This document shows, one piece after another, positions 35,238 through 39,443 of a stretch of 39,443 nucleotides of DNA. Position numbers and translations under genes: made by a program. Each line of letters starts with the position of its first letter. Position 1 is the first letter of the stretch. The stretch comes from Octopus bimaculoides (Eukaryota). The DNA lies in the NCBI RefSeq assembly GCF_001194135.2, contig NC_068989.1, positions 81,306,799 to 81,346,241 on the forward strand, in the 5' to 3' direction. Below the pieces are notes generated by a model. The model did no database searches, had not been told where the DNA came from, and saw nothing but the letters and a program-made list of their open reading frames with translations.

Positions 35238-35602
35238 TATATATGTTTACATATATACTTATATATATATTACAGGGATGTACCTGCATAACAAATGACT
35301 TGATCTGAGATCGTGTGCTGAAAGAAAAACAATTGCAGCATGTAAGATGTTTGTAAGCCATTTTAGAACACACAAAAAAACCGTTAGATTCACTTCAACA
35401 TTTGAATTTGATTTGTGTCAAAATATATAATCATGACCTGTTCACTAACAAAACTTTGTGCTGCATCTCTCTGAAAGTTCTAGGCTCACAAAGAATAAGT
35501 CCTGGGGTCGATTTGTTCGACTAAAGGTGATGCTCCAGCATGGCCACAATCAAATTACTGAAACGAGTAAAAGAATATATATATATATATATATGTATAT
35601 AT

Positions 35603-38530
35603 ATCATCATCGTCATCGTTTAATATCTGTTTTCTTTGGTGGCATGGATTGGACAGTTTGACAGGATCTGGTGAGCTGTAGGAGTGCTTGAGGCTCCAAT
35701 GTTAGCTTTGGCATGGTTTCTACAGCTGGATGCCCTTCATAATACCAACCAGTTTACAATGTGTACTGGTTGCTTTTTCTGTGTCATTAGCACTAGTGAA
35801 GTTGCAAAGTAACTTGCAAAACAAGACTAGAAAAGGGGAAAAAAACCTCTTGAACTAAGTAGATGGGGTGGCTTTGATAGAGGGATAGTGCAAGTGTCTT
35901 GTTACTCTACATTATATAAAAGTGGGAGTAGCTGGGAAGATAATGGTGATGCAGTGCCAGAGTAAACTCTGAAAGTACAAGAAAAGGAATATGAGAATAT
36001 TAGCAGTGAGTTGGAGAGTTGGCAAAGGAAGTAATTTCGTAAGAAAATGAGAGGTGAGTTAAAGATGGGGGTAGAGGTAAGTGTGAGTGATGAATAAGGA
36101 TGGGGGTGCAGTTGATGGGAAATAATATAGTGGGGAAGGTTAGAGAGATAGAAGTAGCTTAGGAATGAAAATAAATAAGAAAGTAGGGAGATGACATGCA
36201 AGGTGTGAGAGTGGGGGGAGGGAGATGTACAACGACAGAGATGGAGGTCAGAGGTACGTGAGGGTGGCTAATTTTAGTGGGACATGAGAGGGAGTTGAGA
36301 AAGATAGCAGATATGAGAGGTATCAGTGATGGAGTATGGTAGGCCCAAGATGTAGCTTAGGGCAGAGGGAGAGATAACTGATGGCACAAAAATGGGGGTA
36401 TTCAGGGAAAGTAGGCAAGAAGGGATGGATATTGATAGGAAGTGGTTCCAGGAGGGGTGGAGGTAACTGATAATGCAAAAAACGGTAGGGTAAAATATGT
36501 GCCAATTCTGTTAAGTGATTATAGCAGCCAAGTTCTACCAAAGAAGAGGGATGGATATTAGGAGGAGGAGATGTGGAGGAATGCTTAGTGGGAGAGAATG
36601 GATGCAGAGGCAGGGCCTAGCATGTAAGGCATAAAGAAAATGCTTTTAGAACCTCATTTTCACTGATAGATGGGTTTTTTGAACACAACAAATCCATCAT
36701 CTTAAACCTTTGCTATCTCTGTGAGGTTCAACATCTTGAGATCAGTTATCACTACTTTATCCCATGTCTTCCTGGGACTCCCCATTCTTCAAGTCTCATC
36801 CACTTTAAGTGCTAGGCTTAAGTTCACCTTATCCATACACCTCACCTAACCAAAGCAGCACAATCTTCTCTTTTGTTTGCTACATCTGATTCTTATGCCC
36901 AATTTCTCTTTCCACGCACTTTGTTGCACATGCAAAGGAACATATTAAATTCATTCCTCTCTAGTCTTTCATGTCCTCTGCATTCAAGGACTATTTCTTA
37001 CTACAATGTAGCAATACTGATCATATGCAACCTCATATAATCTGCCTTTCACTCAGAGAGAGAGAGTGACTGGTTTTTCATTTCCAACAGAAGTAATAGA
37101 TCTCTGAACTTCCTCTATTCCATTTTTATTCAAGCAACTATACTTTCAGAACATCCTCCTCTACAGCTAAGTAGGTTCCTCAGGTAACTGAAATTATCTA
37201 CTACCTCTAGGGAGACCTCCAGATCATTTGAGAAAATCTATTTTCCGTATGTCCTTAGCGTTTATTGCTCCTGCACATCTTCCACATACAAACACAACTT
37301 TCTGTAATTCCACTGTACCACTTGTGTCTACATAGCTTTCACTGAGTACACCATATGGAATTTCTGCTGATTCCTACATTAACTGATGGATGTGGGGCCC
37401 TGTCTGTTTTCCTGTTTGCTAGAACTTTGATCTTTGCTAAGTTTACTTTAAGGCCCTTTGATTCCAGATTTTGCTTCCAGGGCTGGAATTCCTTTTCTAA
37501 TATTACAGATTTTGCTATGAGAATAAAGTCCTTTGCATATTGTAGTTCACAAGGGCAGCCAGTTCTTTGTAACATTCCTCTGTTATGTGTAGGACAATGA
37601 TGAATAAAAGGGGACTGAACCAAGCCCTGGGTAACTCTTTTCTGTACTCTGAATTCATCACTTGTCTCTTTGCTAAGTCTCATCTTACTGATAGTATCTG
37701 GGTACTTAGATTGTATGGCTTTCACAAATATTCATCTGAGGACCACCACATCACAGAGTAAAAAAAACTCTGTTGAAGGCTTTCTCCAGGTCAGTGAATG
37801 CCAAATACAATTGTTTACATTTAGTAAGTACTTCTGCATTTGTCTTATTAAGAAGATGGTATCAGTAGTATTTCTCCTTGGCACAAAACTAAACTACATT
37901 TAATCTAACCTAATTTTGTTCCTAATTAATTGGACTATAACTTTCATGACCTAGTCAAGCAATCTGACATTTTGTAATTAGTTCTAAGGCATCTCTTTTA
38001 CCTTTATAACAACTGACTATGATACTGCTACACCAGTAATTGTATTTTTCTGTACAACCTGATTAACTATTCACACCTGTATTACTTTGTCTATGAAACT
38101 GCTGTCATCTAGAATAGCTCATCCCCTATTAGGTCCACATTGAGAAGACCCTCTTTTTTCCTAATCATTTTCCATAACCGTTTATAGTTAGCACTTTCAT
38201 GCCTCTTTCTTTTCAGCATCACTAAGTACAAGTGTACCATTATCCATTTGCACACTTCTCGTCTACAACAACTTTATTTTCTCAGATACACTGTCTTGGA
38301 ATCTGGAACATCTCATGTCTCTGATCCCCACTCTGTAGAATATGGGAAAATCTCCTTTCCTGCTTCTCCATCTCCTATGTAAACTTGTCACCTAGCTGCC
38401 TCCAAAGGTTAGGGACCAGTGGTCCCTAACCTTTGCTTTCATAGCTCTGTCAGTCTCATTGTTCCACCATCAATTCAGCCTTGGTCTAGCTGCAACTTTC
38501 ACCAGTCACAGATTTGGGCTGTAACCCTTG
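35603..38530 (-). mobile_element. About 2.9-kb 5'-truncated, degraded RTE LINE (RT plus long 3' UTR and tail)
   Basis: Minus strand gives WWNNETDRAMK (38450), then MKAIQSKY..SDEFRVQKRVTQGLVQSP..TGCPCELQYAKD..WKQNLESKGLKVNLAKIKVL (37339-37725). The purine-rich UTR is at 35840-36650 and the (CAT)n tail at 35603. Confidence 0.85.
38403..38435. repeat. Perfect 16-bp inverted repeat with a 1-nt spacer, resembling hAT TIR sequence
   Basis: caaaggttagggacca-g-tggtccctaacctttg. Confidence 0.9.
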
Positions 38531-38870
38531 GTAGGTTGTCTCATATCTCTCTCTTTCTCTCACATACACATGCTACTATCAGTATTCTCACCTAAAATAG
38601 AGATGAGTACCAATATTTCCATGTGGTATGCTTGAACAACTGTGAAGATCTCTCCACATAAAACCATTGCTTACCTTGTTAACCCACAAATAAAGTGTGT
38701 ATATATATATGTATGTATGTATGTAATTATAAGATCCAAGTATCTAAGTGTAGGAAATTTATAAGCTTCAAGCAGCCCATAGTAAGTCCTCAATTTGGAT
38801 TTATATATATGTATATACACACGTGGTATGAAGTTCAACAAGTAACATAACAGTCAGTTAAGAGAGTGAA

Positions 38871-39149
38871 AATAAAACTTGCACAAAAAGCATGTGAAAT
38901 TCAGCGCCCCACAATTTCCTTGCCAGAATATTAAATCTATTTCGCTATTTCACAAGCTGGTAATGTCAATATGATGGATTAGCAACTCCGTGTGAGTTAA
39001 TTGATGTTTAAACATCATTCAACTCCCATGGAGTTGCTAACCTACCATGTTGACATTACCAGCTTGAGAAATGTCGAAATAAATTTAATATTCTGGCCAG
39101 GAAAATGTGGGGGAGCTGAATTTCACTTAGTTTTTGAGCAGTTTTTATT
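38871..39149. repeat. About 280-bp zero-spacer palindrome
   Basis: The centre is gatgttt|aaacatc at 39009/39010. Arms are roughly 85-90% identical by eye (gtgaaattcagc...gccagaatattaaat...caagctggtaatgtcaa...ttagcaactcc). Confidence 0.95.
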
Positions 39150-39187
39150 AACGATGTGTGTGTGTGCGAGCATGTGAGTGTTTGAGC

Positions 39188-39231
<44 letters not shown>

Positions 39232-39443
39232 TAGTTTTAGGGAAAATAACCAATTTTCAAGAACTCATCGATGAAAATCCACTATCACATATAGAAAAAT
39301 TAATAATTAAAAGCACAATAAATGAGTATAATATAAAGTAAAGTAAATATCATAAGATAAATATAATAAAAAGATTACACGTGTTTCATAACCAATTTTC
39401 AAATAGAAAAGAAATTTAAATCGATTAAAATCAATTGAAATTA

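Overview
AT-rich, repeat-dense animal genomic DNA with five assembly gaps. The repeat families (tRNA-head SINEs, RTE LINE remnants with (GAT)n tails, Penelope fragments, TA/CA microsatellites) look like those of Octopus; this is inferred from familiarity with the repeats, not from a search. The only firmly identified host-gene piece is the last coding exon (19971-20111, +) of a Bcl-2 family gene, encoding DGFVEF...TM...QKS*. Its BH-domain exon is not visible in the window. A probable C-terminal exon pair of an unidentified + strand gene lies at 1.5-2.4 kb. The most notable non-coding signals are two minimal hammerhead-ribozyme-like motifs in non-autonomous repeats at 14.2 and 14.8 kb, and several long near-spacerless palindromes (16.2, 25.3 and 38.9 kb, plus small ones at 14.6 and 38.4 kb). 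There is also a SINE-poor block with strong splice acceptors downstream of the Bcl-2 stop, and nested TE insertions with readable target-site duplications (TSDs). I see no evidence for a prokaryote-type system such as CRISPR or an operon. Most ORFs in the supplied track are spurious.
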